Of a DNA stretch of 64,000 nt, positions 1-8,136 are shown piece by piece (the first letter of the stretch is position 1; each line of letters begins with the position of its first letter). The notes beneath the pieces are model-generated. The model did not search any database. It was not told where the DNA came from and saw only the letters and a list, made by a program, of their open reading frames with translations. Origin of the DNA: Eubacteriales bacterium (GTDB lineage Bacteria; Bacillota; Clostridia; Oscillospirales; CAG-272); contig JAZQYP010000065.1 of assembly GCA_045633625.1 (NCBI GenBank), positions 21,076 through 85,075 of the forward strand. The letters run 5' to 3'. The translations under genes and the position numbers were made by a program.

Positions 1-107
1 ACCTTAGCGCCCTCGGGAAGCTCTCTTGCGGGAACTGTCGCCTCATACTCCTCGGGAGTAAGAGTCACGTTCGGGAAAAGTAATTCTGCAAGTCTTTTTG
101 TGTCCAT
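1..107 (-). CDS. gltX: glutamate--tRNA ligase, first 35 codons only (rest lies left of the window)
   Basis: Minus-strand ATG at 107..105 with GAGGA upstream. The translation MDTKRLAELLFPNVTLTPEEYEATVPARELPEGAKV resembles, from memory, the N-terminal lead-in of long-form clostridial GltX that precedes the APSPTG/HIGH region. The HIGH motif is outside the window, so the call is tentative. Confidence 0.45.
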   Translation of the reverse strand, partial: MDTKRLAELLFPNVTLTPEEYEATVPARELPEGAK

Positions 108-135
108 TTTTTTATCCTCAATGTAAAATTTATTC

Positions 136-750
136 TTAAATTAAATATGCCGTGTTATCAAGTGCCGCGCCAAGAGTATTCTCTTTGCCGTGACCCGAAT
201 ATATGGTCAGCCTTGGGTCAAGCTCGCGTAGCTTTTTTAGTGAGTCCCTCATTTTCATAATATCGCCGCCGAAGAGGTCGCATCTGCCGTATCCGTCGGC
301 AAAAAGGGTGTCTCCCGTTATGAGCGCATCGCCCGCAAGGAAGCAGGAGGAGCCCTTTGTGTGTCCGGGGGTGTGAATGACGCGTATCTTTTTATCTCCA
401 AGCTCTATTTCGTTACCGTCGCGTAGCAGTCGCTCGGCGGGCTTATATCTTCTGTCCATTCCGAAAAAGGTGAAGAACGCGTTTTTGGTGCCGTCGGAGA
501 GCATCTCATCGTCAAGCTCGTGTATCATAGCGGGCGCGCCCGTCCTCTCTCTGAGAGTGTCAAGCGACATTATGTGGTCAAAATGTCCGTGGGTAAGAAG
601 CAACCCCTCTATCCTCGCGCCCTCCTTCTCGACCGCGCCGATGATAGCATCGCACGAGGCACTTGGGTCAACGATAAGAGCGTGAGTACCCGATATGAGA
701 GCATAGCAGTTTGACGCCCACGCCTCAGGCGCAATATTTATTATTTTCAT
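136..750 (-). CDS. MBL-fold metallo-hydrolase (glyoxalase II-like)
   Basis: The track ORF 136..756 starts at GTG; I trimmed it to the ATG at 750, which has a GGAGGTG RBS. It carries the HxHxDH zinc motif (LTHGHFDH) and a later HTPGHT. Confidence 0.85.
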   Translation of the reverse strand: MKIINIAPEAWASNCYALISGTHALIVDPSASCDAIIGAVEKEGARIEGLLLTHGHFDHIMSLDTLRERTGAPAMIHELDDEMLSDGTKNAFFTFFGMDRRYKPAERLLRDGNEIELGDKKIRVIHTPGHTKGSSCFLAGDALITGDTLFADGYGRCDLFGGDIMKMRDSLKKLRELDPRLTIYSGHGKENTLGAALDNTAYLI

Positions 751-826
751 ATACACCTCCGGCGTGCAAAGAAAAAATTATATTTCATTATATTATATCA
801 CAAAAGATGCGGCAAGTCTATAGCTT

Positions 827-1534
827 TTAGATAAAAAACAGACTTCCCGCATCAAAAAGTATACTATTTCCGAGGCTTACGCACTCTTTTTCGTGTTTTT
901 TGCAAAATTCTATTATCCTATGGGCATCCGGGTGCATAAAAATATCTCCGCAAAAATAGACCGCGTTATCCTTCTCGCCGCCACATCCGCCTATAAATCC
1001 CGTATCGTAGCCGTCAAGACGGATGCTTCCTGCCGATATAAGCAACACGTCCCCTCCGTGCTCAGAGACCGCCGAGGCAATGCCGCGGTCGGCTGTGACG
1101 ATGGCATTCTCGCTGATCTTGAGGGACGAGCATTTCGTATATCCTTGTCTGACGTTTACAATATTTATATTGCGCTCGCGCGCAAGGGAAACAAGCTCGC
1201 GTGACATTCCTTTTTCATATCCGTATAGAGTATTGCCAAGGAGCAGGGAATTAAACAGGATATCGTTTGGGTATTCGGGCGACGGTGTCTGGTCGGTAAG
1301 GCGAACAGTGTAGCCGAGCGCTTCTATTTTCTCAAAGCTCTCCCTTGCAATTGAAAAATATTCCCCTGTCGTAATACAAATGTCACCAAGAAAAAAGAGA
1401 AGCATATCGGGATGCGCCGATACACCGCGCTGTAAACGCTCATATCTGGGCATGGGTATTGTTTCGAAGCCTCTGTGTGCCAGCTCTTTTCGAGAGTGCT
1501 CGGGAAGCTCACACGAAACGACAACGTATTTCAT
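827..1534 (-). CDS. conserved hypothetical protein
   Basis: The track ORF 827..1546 is trimmed to the ATG at 1534 (GAGG 6 nt upstream). It has coding-like composition and lies on the same strand as its neighbours. I can name no motif. Confidence 0.65.
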   Translation of the reverse strand: MKYVVVSCELPEHSRKELAHRGFETIPMPRYERLQRGVSAHPDMLLFFLGDICITTGEYFSIARESFEKIEALGYTVRLTDQTPSPEYPNDILFNSLLLGNTLYGYEKGMSRELVSLARERNINIVNVRQGYTKCSSLKISENAIVTADRGIASAVSEHGGDVLLISAGSIRLDGYDTGFIGGCGGEKDNAVYFCGDIFMHPDAHRIIEFCKKHEKECVSLGNSILFDAGSLFFI

Positions 1535-1597
1535 AAAAAACCTCATAAAACAAAGAAGACAGACTTATGCCTGTCTTCTTTAGTACAATATTCAAAA

Positions 1598-1783
1598 TTA
1601 AACTCTGGTTACCTTGCCGGAACGAAGGCAGCGAGAACAAACCGCTACGGTCTTGGGTGTACCGTTAACAACTGCTCTTACCTTACGGATGTTGGGCTTC
1701 CAAGTTCTGTTTGTCTTGCGGTGAGAGTGGGAAACGGACTGACCGAAAACAACGCCTTTACCGCAGATACTGCATTTTGCCAT
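1598..1783 (-). CDS. rpmB: 50S ribosomal protein L28
   Basis: 61 aa, MAKCSICGKG...SHSHRKTNRTWKPN, which is the typical L28 sequence and size. Confidence 0.95.
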   Translation of the reverse strand: MAKCSICGKGVVFGQSVSHSHRKTNRTWKPNIRKVRAVVNGTPKTVAVCSRCLRSGKVTRV

Positions 1784-1856
1784 AATGACACCTCCTTATG
1801 TACTTTAGCACATATTTTCATAATTTTTTTAATTCAATATTCATAGAACGGTTAAC

Positions 1857-1885
1857 ATTATACCACAAAGAAAATCAAAATGCAA
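1857..1885 (-). promoter_or_regulatory. sigma-A type promoter for rpmB
   Basis: Minus strand: TTGCAT (1885..1880), a 17-nt spacer, then the extended -10 TGgTATAAT (1865..1857). Confidence 0.45.
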
Positions 1886-1934
1886 TAGTTTTTTTAGAAA
1901 AATAAATAAGAAATTAAAAAAAATTTAAAAATCC

Positions 1935-1963
1935 TTGACATAAGGGAAGAATTGTGGTATAAT
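1935..1963 (+). promoter_or_regulatory. sigma-A type promoter for rpsF-ssb-rpsR
   Basis: TTGACA (1935..1940), a 17-nt spacer, then TGgTATAAT (1955..1963). It is followed by a ~100-nt 5' UTR containing the hairpin ACGGGTCGG...CCGCCCGT (about 1975..2000). Confidence 0.55.
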
Positions 1964-2071
1964 ACCAATTCAGTACGGGTCGGATTTCGTAACCGCCCGT
2001 CTCCTTACCGCTCGTAAATTCTACTTTTATTTAATGCGTGCGGTCTTAATGTCCATAGGGAGGTGTAAAAC

Positions 2072-2476
2072 ATGGAAAAGGTAATCAATTCTTACGAAAG
2101 CCTGTTCATTGTTGACGTTTCAAAGGGTGAGGAAGTCACTGAAGCAGCTGTGAACAAGTTTACGTCCCTCATCGAGGCAAATGCCGAGGTTATCGACGTA
2201 GCAAAGTGGGGCAAGCGCCGTCTTGCATACCCCATCAACGATATGCCCGAGGGCTACTACGTAGTAGTAACCTTCAAGTCTGAGCCTGCATTCCCCGCAG
2301 AGTTCGAGCGTCTTGCAAACATTGACGAAGCAGTTCTTCGTTCGATGGTAATCAGACTCGAGTACGATGCAGCAGAGAAGGCAGCTAAGAAGGCAGCAGA
2401 GGCAGCCGAGAAGGCAGCAGCTGAGGCAGTTGTCGAGGAGACAGCTGTAGCAGAGACCGAAACAACCGAAGAGTAA
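2072..2476 (+). CDS. rpsF: 30S ribosomal protein S6
   Basis: The N-terminal YE..FIV...... and WGKRRLAYPI motifs are present. It has an acidic/Ala-rich C-terminal tail and an AGGGAGG RBS. Confidence 0.95.
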   Translation: MEKVINSYESLFIVDVSKGEEVTEAAVNKFTSLIEANAEVIDVAKWGKRRLAYPINDMPEGYYVVVTFKSEPAFPAEFERLANIDEAVLRSMVIRLEYDAAEKAAKKAAEAAEKAAAEAVVEETAVAETETTEE

Positions 2477-2499
2477 TGTCTTAATGGGAGGGTGCTATA

Positions 2500-2955
2500 A
2501 TGGCAAACTTTAACTTTAACAAGGTAATACTTGGTGGACGTCTTACAGCTGATCCTGAGCTCAAGCAGACGCAGACGGGTGTTGCAGTCGTTTCCTTCAG
2601 CATTGCGGTAAATCGCAGACCCTCAAGGGACGGAGCGCAGCAGACCGACTTCTTCAACGTAACTGCTTGGAGAGGCACAGCGGAGATAGTAACGAAGTAT
2701 TTCAAGAAGGGCTCTTCTATATGCGTCGTTGGAAGCATACAGAACCGTTCTTGGACTGACCAGCAGGGTCAGAAGCGTTACGCTACCGATATTATTGCCG
2801 ATGAGGTAAACTTCGTGGATAGCCGCGGAGAGTCCTCTGCCTCTGATGTACAGGGATATACGCCTGACGCATACAGCACACCCGCATTTTCTTCGACCCC
2901 TTCCTCAGCACCCAATTTTGAGGAAGTCGAATCTGACGACGATCTGCCCTTCTAA
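2500..2955 (+). CDS. ssb: single-stranded DNA-binding protein
   Basis: OB-fold N-terminus (NKVILGGRLTADPELK), a disordered tail, and the canonical acidic tip DDDLPF. Confidence 0.95.
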   Translation: MANFNFNKVILGGRLTADPELKQTQTGVAVVSFSIAVNRRPSRDGAQQTDFFNVTAWRGTAEIVTKYFKKGSSICVVGSIQNRSWTDQQGQKRYATDIIADEVNFVDSRGESSASDVQGYTPDAYSTPAFSSTPSSAPNFEEVESDDDLPF

Positions 2956-2991
2956 GCAGATCAAACACAACAATAACAGGAGGATATTAAA

Positions 2992-3246
2992 ATGGATAGA
3001 GCAGAAAACGCAGTACGCGCACAGCGTCCTATGATGCGTAGAAGAAAGAAAGTTTGCATCTTTTGTGCAGACAAGGTAGATTTCATTGATTACAAGGATT
3101 CTGCAAAGCTTCGCAAGTTCATCAGCGAGCGCGGCAAGATTCTTCCCAGAAGAATTTCCGGTACCTGCGCAAAGCATCAGCGTGAGCTTAACACAGCTAT
3201 CAAGCGTGCAAGACAGGTTGCTTTGCTTCCTTACGTAACCGACTAA
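2992..3246 (+). CDS. rpsR: 30S ribosomal protein S18
   Basis: [20 protein letters not shown] and [21 protein letters not shown] are the S18 signature. The rpsF-ssb-rpsR gene order is classical. Confidence 0.95.
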   Translation: MDRAENAVRAQRPMMRRRKKVCIFCADKVDFIDYKDSAKLRKFISERGKILPRRISGTCAKHQRELNTAIKRARQVALLPYVTD

Positions 3247-3270
3247 TTAAATATCTATCGGTAAAAAACA

Positions 3271-3298
3271 CGGTGGGCAATGCCCACCGAGTTTTTTT
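3271..3298. terminator. bidirectional rho-independent terminator (rpsR / cdd convergent)
   Basis: CGGTGGG-caatg-CCCACCG hairpin, flanked by an A-run on the left and T7 on the right. Confidence 0.7.
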
Positions 3299-3347
3299 AT
3301 TAAATATTAAGTCGGCGTTCCTGATACGTTCGTGTTTTTTGCTATAA

Positions 3348-3734
3348 TTATTTGTTAAGCCCGAAGCTATGCGGCAAAAGCTCACCGAGTGTGAGAACTT
3401 TTGCCTCTTTTTTGTCGTCCTCAAGAATTATTTTGAAATCGGGGGTGCAAAATTCCGCCATTACCTGACGGCAGATGCCACAGGGAAGGCAGGGTGCGGT
3501 ATCACCAACGACGGCAATAGCAGAGAAATCTCGCTCTCCTGCCGCCACAGCCGCAAAAATAGCCGAGCGCTCGGCGCAGTTTGTCGCTCCAAACGATGCG
3601 TTTTCAATGTTTGCGCCAAGATATACCTTGCCGTCTTTCGTGAGGAGTGCTGCGCCCACCGCAAAATGCGAGTAAGGCGAATACGAGTTTTCTTTTGCTT
3701 TATGTGCTAACTCCAAAAGCTCTTTATCAGTCAT
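3348..3734 (-). CDS. cdd: cytidine deaminase
   Basis: CAER..(zinc His/Cys-Ala-Glu) and PCGICRQ motifs. The track start at 3746 is trimmed to the ATG at 3734, with GGAGAG 4 nt upstream. The gene overlaps the deoB stop by 8 nt. Confidence 0.9.
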   Translation of the reverse strand: MTDKELLELAHKAKENSYSPYSHFAVGAALLTKDGKVYLGANIENASFGATNCAERSAIFAAVAAGERDFSAIAVVGDTAPCLPCGICRQVMAEFCTPDFKIILEDDKKEAKVLTLGELLPHSFGLNK

Positions 3735-4866
3735 TTTTCTCTCCAATTTTAAGATATTCCGAGATTTTTTCTGAAATTATATCAAATCCGTCGACCGTGC
3801 CGAGATTCTCGGGCGTCATACCTTTGCCGTAGACGATAAGCGGCACGTATTCGCGGGTGTGGTCGGTGGACGCGGTAAATGCGGGGTCACAGCCGTGGTC
3901 TGCGGTGATGATAAGCAGATCGTCCTCGCGCATTTTGGGCAAAAACGTGCCAAGCCACGCGTCAAATTCGTTCAGCGCGGCAGTATATCCGTCGACGTCG
4001 CGTCTGTGACCGTAAAGCATATCAAAATCAACAAGATTTATAAATGCAAGACCGCAGAAATCACGTGACACAAGCTCATCAGCCGCCGCCATACCCTCGG
4101 TATTAGAGTGAGTGGGGAGGTGATCGGTAAATCCGCGACCCGCGAAGATGTCGGAGATCTTGCCGACCGCTATCATGTCAAGTCCCGCCGCCTTTACCTT
4201 GTCGCAAAGGGTGTCGCAGGGCGGCTCAAGCGAGAAGTCGCGTCTGTTGCCTGTGCGGACAAATTTGCCGTTCTCGGTAATAAAGGGGCGCGCGATAACA
4301 CGTCCTACGCCGTACTTGCCCGTGAGAAGCCCTCTTGCCTTGCGGCATATCTCATAGAGCTCGTCGAGGGGAACAATCTCCTCGTGCGCGGCAACCTGAA
4401 AAACGCTGTCCGCCGAGGTGTATACTATCACCTTGCCGGACTTTACGTGCTCCTCGCCGTAGTCACGAATGACCGCCGTGCCCGAATACGTCTTGTTGCA
4501 AAGCACACCGCGGCCAATTTCTCGCTCAAATGCCTCTATGAGCTCGGCATCAAAGCCGTTCGGGAAGGTGGGCAGAGGTGAGTCCGATATGAAGCCCGCG
4601 ATCTCCCAGTGACCGATAGTGGTGTCCTTGCCTTGAGATAGCTCGCGAAGGCGCGCAACGGTGGCTCTCGGAGAGTCGGTATTTCCAAGGAAATATAAGC
4701 CGTCTATATTGCCGATGCCAAGGGAGACAAGATTTTTTATATTCAATTTTCCCGATTCCCACAGCGCTTTGAGGGTGTGCGCGCCTACGTCACCGAATTT
4801 TTCGGCATCGGGAGCTTCACCCGCTCCAACACTGTCAAGAACTATAAGAAAAACTCTTTTTTTCAT
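3727..4866 (-). CDS. deoB: phosphopentomutase
   Basis: N-terminus VFLIVLDSVGAGEAPDA, later TADHGCDP, about 390 aa: the alkaline-phosphatase superfamily DeoB signature. Confidence 0.93.
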   Translation of the reverse strand: MKKRVFLIVLDSVGAGEAPDAEKFGDVGAHTLKALWESGKLNIKNLVSLGIGNIDGLYFLGNTDSPRATVARLRELSQGKDTTIGHWEIAGFISDSPLPTFPNGFDAELIEAFEREIGRGVLCNKTYSGTAVIRDYGEEHVKSGKVIVYTSADSVFQVAAHEEIVPLDELYEICRKARGLLTGKYGVGRVIARPFITENGKFVRTGNRRDFSLEPPCDTLCDKVKAAGLDMIAVGKISDIFAGRGFTDHLPTHSNTEGMAAADELVSRDFCGLAFINLVDFDMLYGHRRDVDGYTAALNEFDAWLGTFLPKMREDDLLIITADHGCDPAFTASTDHTREYVPLIVYGKGMTPENLGTVDGFDIISEKISEYLKIGEKND

Positions 4867-4875
4867 TTGAATAAA

Positions 4876-5604
4876 TTATTCCATCGAGATAGCAGTCTCA
4901 AGCGCTATCTCCATCATTTCGCGGAAGGACGTCTGTCTTGCCTCGGAGTCAAGTGCCTCACCCGTTACAAGTGAGTCGGAAATCGTGCAGATCGCAAGCG
5001 CGCGCTTACCGAGACGTGCCGCGTTCATATAGAGCGCCGCCGCCTCCATCTCGACCGCAAGCACACCCATCTTCTGCCAGCCTGCCGTCACGTTCGGGTC
5101 GTCGTTATAGAAAACGTCGCTTGAGAAGAGCGCACCGACGTGGTGGGGAATAGCCTTCTTTTCGGCAATCTCAACCGCTGTGCGAAGAAGAGTGAAATCA
5201 GCCGCGGGAGAGAATGTGCCGCCAAGACGGTACTGCTCGCCGTAAGAGGAATTTGTGCAAGCCGACATACCGAAAACTACGTCGCGCACCTTGACGTTCT
5301 CCTGCATTGAGCCCGCCGAGCCTATGCGGATTATATTTTCAACACCGAAGAATGAGAAAAGCTCATAGCTGTATATGCCTATCGATGGCATACCCATGCC
5401 GCTTGCCATTACCGAGACACGCTTGCCCTTATAAGTGCCCGTGTAGCCCTGAATACCGCGCACGTTGTTGAAAAGTACCGCATTATCAAGGAAATTCTCC
5501 GCCACAAATTTTGCGCGCAGAGGGTCACCCGGCATAAGCACAGTCTTTGCTATGTCCTCGGGCGTCGCTTTTATATGAGGTGTGGGGTATAATTTATCAG
5601 TCAT
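4876..5604 (-). CDS. deoD: purine nucleoside phosphorylase, DeoD type
   Basis: MPGDPLRAKF, GMGMPS and EMEAAALY motifs; 242 aa. Confidence 0.93.
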   Translation of the reverse strand: MTDKLYPTPHIKATPEDIAKTVLMPGDPLRAKFVAENFLDNAVLFNNVRGIQGYTGTYKGKRVSVMASGMGMPSIGIYSYELFSFFGVENIIRIGSAGSMQENVKVRDVVFGMSACTNSSYGEQYRLGGTFSPAADFTLLRTAVEIAEKKAIPHHVGALFSSDVFYNDDPNVTAGWQKMGVLAVEMEAAALYMNAARLGKRALAICTISDSLVTGEALDSEARQTSFREMMEIALETAISME

Positions 5605-6264
5605 TTATTTTTCTCCTATGCTTTCATAAGGAATATGTACGATTGTATGACCGCAATTTAAGCAATCCGTACGCTCTTTGCTGTTCTTGGTGCCGCACAC
5701 AAGGCAACACGAGTGTTGTTTTTCTTCTTTTGTAACTACCAAAAGTTCATTAAACCCAAGAATATGGCATACTATATCCCCCTTAGTGAAAAGGTCAACA
5801 TAGTCGTCGATTTTTCCCTCAGAAGCAACTGCAAATCCTACGTGACTTCTTTGCCCAACAGATTTTGCCTTTATTTTCTTTAACTTGCCATTTGCCAATT
5901 TGACGTCTAATACAATAGTCTGTTTAGGGTGTGGATAAAATTCAGCTCCACCTGTGGTGTATGATCCTATCTCATCAATTATCTCCACAGAAATTATTTC
6001 ACCGCACCAAGATCTGTCGGTTATTAGAGTATGGACTTTGGATATAAAGAAGGGGAGAAGTATTGCTAACACAGAAAAAGCAATGATCGCGGGGGCATTA
6101 TCCCCTATACTTATATCCTTTGCGAGAAGAATGATCGCAAATATTGCTACAATTTCAAGAGTGATAAATGTTATAATTTTTTTTAGAATTTTATTTTTAT
6201 TTATTTTTTGGATATCGTTAGGTAAGGTTATAGTTTTTAATACGTTAGATAAACGATTCGACAT
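5605..6264 (-). CDS. hypothetical membrane protein with C-terminal zinc-ribbon
   Basis: The track ORF 5605..6330 runs into a palindromic repeat, so I trimmed it to the ATG at 6264 with GGAG 7 nt upstream. It has two hydrophobic helices and a C-terminal CxxC-x10-CxxC (CLVCGTKNSKERTDCLNCGH). Its stop abuts the deoD ATG. It is visibly AT-rich. Confidence 0.6.
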   Translation of the reverse strand: MSNRLSNVLKTITLPNDIQKINKNKILKKIITFITLEIVAIFAIILLAKDISIGDNAPAIIAFSVLAILLPFFISKVHTLITDRSWCGEIISVEIIDEIGSYTTGGAEFYPHPKQTIVLDVKLANGKLKKIKAKSVGQRSHVGFAVASEGKIDDYVDLFTKGDIVCHILGFNELLVVTKEEKQHSCCLVCGTKNSKERTDCLNCGHTIVHIPYESIGEK

Positions 6265-6303
6265 AATTTTCTCCAAAATTTTAATTGCGAAGTGTTTTAT
6301 GGC

Positions 6304-6423
6304 TCCCTTGTGTAAAGGGAGCTGTCGCAAAGCGACTGAGGGATTGTTTTTGTGCGAATGTGTTTATTATACAATCCCTCCGTCACGCCTTTTGGGCGCG
6401 CCACCTCCCTTTACACAAGGGAG
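6304..6423. repeat. nested palindromic intergenic element (REP/MITE-like)
   Basis: CTCCCTTGTGTAAAGGGAG (6304..6322) and its exact reverse complement CTCCCTTTACACAAGGGAG (6405..6423) form the outer arms. Each arm is itself a 7-bp/5-nt hairpin. The inner inverted pair is GAGGGATTGT (6338..6347) / ACAATCCCTC (6371..6380). Confidence 0.7.
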
Positions 6424-6464
6424 GCTGAAGCTGGTGAGGTCTGCTGTTTGTGGGAATAGATGAG

Positions 6465-7046
6465 TCAGTCCTTCTTTTCTCCTTCCATATAATAAGACGC
6501 TTCCATATCTGCTACGCAGAGCGAGAAGGCGAGAGGGAACATCTCAAGCGCGCGTCCAACCTGATTTGCATCCTCAGGACCCGAAAATCCCATATGGTAA
6601 CGGATAGCAAACGCCTCGTCGCGTGTGAGCTTCATATATCCCGAAATAATGTAGACCGACTTCTCACCGTGGCCGTAAGGAAGATTATCTTCAATTGTGT
6701 AATAAGGAACACTCTCCCAGATGCCGTTTTTCTTGACGTTTCGCATCTCTGTCTTATAGAAATTTACCTTGCACAAGTCGTGAAGAAGCGCAACTATAGC
6801 AACACTTTCATCAGAGAAGGAAAAACCGTACTTGTCGCGGAAGCGAGGACGCTTGACAAAATCGTCAAGGCACTCGTAGACGTTGAGGCTATGCTCAACA
6901 AGACCGCCCTCATACGCGCCGTGGTATCTCGTCGATGCGGGTGCTGTGAAAAAGTCGGATTTCATAATAAATTCAAGCAATTTATCAGCGCCCTCGCGCT
7001 TGATGCAGGCGTTGTATATTTCAATAAATTTTTCTCTGTTAGTCAT
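6465..7046 (-). CDS. HD-domain phosphohydrolase
   Basis: RYHGAYEGGLVEHSLNV ... LLHDLCK form the H..HD motif. The track start at 7061 is trimmed to the ATG at 7046 with a GAGGTG RBS. Confidence 0.8.
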   Translation of the reverse strand: MTNREKFIEIYNACIKREGADKLLEFIMKSDFFTAPASTRYHGAYEGGLVEHSLNVYECLDDFVKRPRFRDKYGFSFSDESVAIVALLHDLCKVNFYKTEMRNVKKNGIWESVPYYTIEDNLPYGHGEKSVYIISGYMKLTRDEAFAIRYHMGFSGPEDANQVGRALEMFPLAFSLCVADMEASYYMEGEKKD

Positions 7047-7120
7047 AGTCGCACCTCTCATATATTATTATCAATTATATTCTATCATATTATTTTTCGT
7101 TTTTCAATATTTTTCTTATC

Positions 7121-7149
7121 AAAAAAAGCCGACGGCAAATGCCGTCGGC
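7121..7149 (-). terminator. rho-independent terminator after the M15-like gene
   Basis: GCCGACGGC-aaat-GCCGTCGGC hairpin. The A7 run on the plus strand reads as a U-tract on the minus strand. Confidence 0.7.
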
Positions 7150-7154
7150 AATAA

Positions 7155-8093
7155 TTATTTTCTTACTGTTACGATAAATCCGCCCGCGTTGTCGCCACTG
7201 ATGGTCGTTCCGTTTTTAGAGGATGTCTTGATGACTGTCTCTCCCTCTGCATTAGCAGTTACGTAATAAATCTCATACGCTACGTTGCCTGCAGTCGCTT
7301 TTAACGGATTGTCCTTTGTATACGAGCGCACCTTTCCGACGTATTCCTCAAGGCAAAGATTGTTCTCGGTCATATACGTCGCGTGAGCCGTTCCAACGTA
7401 TCTGAAGGCGTTGTCAAAGTCGGAAACACCCGTGGTGCTTGATTTTGCCTCTGGATATCTGCTTATAAAGCCGTACTTATGCGCGTTTTTGTATATCCAA
7501 TCGTAGGCATTGTCCTGGCTTATCGATGCCGCCGAGCCACCGTAGGTTATCTCGAAAAGATTTCCCGTGTGAAAGTCGCTGTGACCGCCCTTTGTGGACG
7601 TGCCGAGCGCGTTCTGCGCGTCAAGGCTTCTGTATGCCGACCAGATATAAAGCTTTGTCGCCGCCGCTTTGTTCTCTGATTGCGCGTAGAAGTCCTCAAC
7701 CATCTTATTGAGTGCGGTGAGTGCCGCACGGGATGCCCTCATATCGGCATTTCTGAGTGTATAAAGAGGTGTTCCGTCAGCCGAGGGGATCTCGTTTGCC
7801 ATAGAAACAAGCTTTGACTCTGTGTTTACAGTAAAATCAAACGCCGCTGTGCCCTTGTTTATGACAAGCAGCTCGCCCTTCTTGGTGTCCTCGTATGTAA
7901 GTGTAAACTCACCCTTGCCGCCCGTGCCGCCGCCTATGACGTTCGGGGTATTGTCGGAGTGGGTTACCGATAACGTAATAAGGAGAGCTACCGCAACGAG
8001 AATTATGAGCGCCGCCGTTGCATATATCGATAAAACCGTAAGTCTTTTTATTTTGTTATCACCATTTCCGATATATTCACGTAAGCTCTTCAT
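7155..8093 (-). CDS. membrane-anchored VanY/M15B-like D,D-carboxypeptidase family protein (metal-ligand motifs look degenerate)
   Basis: N-terminal TM helix. The SAYRSLDAQ, WIYKNAHKYGFISRYP and FRYVG family blocks are present. The canonical SxHxxGxAxD and ExxH blocks are not intact (GHSDFHTGNLFE; FDNAF). Confidence 0.7.
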   Translation of the reverse strand: MKSLREYIGNGDNKIKRLTVLSIYATAALIILVAVALLITLSVTHSDNTPNVIGGGTGGKGEFTLTYEDTKKGELLVINKGTAAFDFTVNTESKLVSMANEIPSADGTPLYTLRNADMRASRAALTALNKMVEDFYAQSENKAAATKLYIWSAYRSLDAQNALGTSTKGGHSDFHTGNLFEITYGGSAASISQDNAYDWIYKNAHKYGFISRYPEAKSSTTGVSDFDNAFRYVGTAHATYMTENNLCLEEYVGKVRSYTKDNPLKATAGNVAYEIYYVTANAEGETVIKTSSKNGTTISGDNAGGFIVTVRK

Positions 8094-8136
8094 CGTTACT
8101 TAAGCTCTCCTTATCATATTTAGTTTTTAATTTTAA

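Noticed and set aside
5954-7154. Plus-strand ORFs 5954..6463 and 6450..7154.
   Set aside because: They are antisense to the membrane Zn-ribbon gene and the HD-hydrolase gene. The first is extended only because it reads through the palindromic repeat at 6304-6423.
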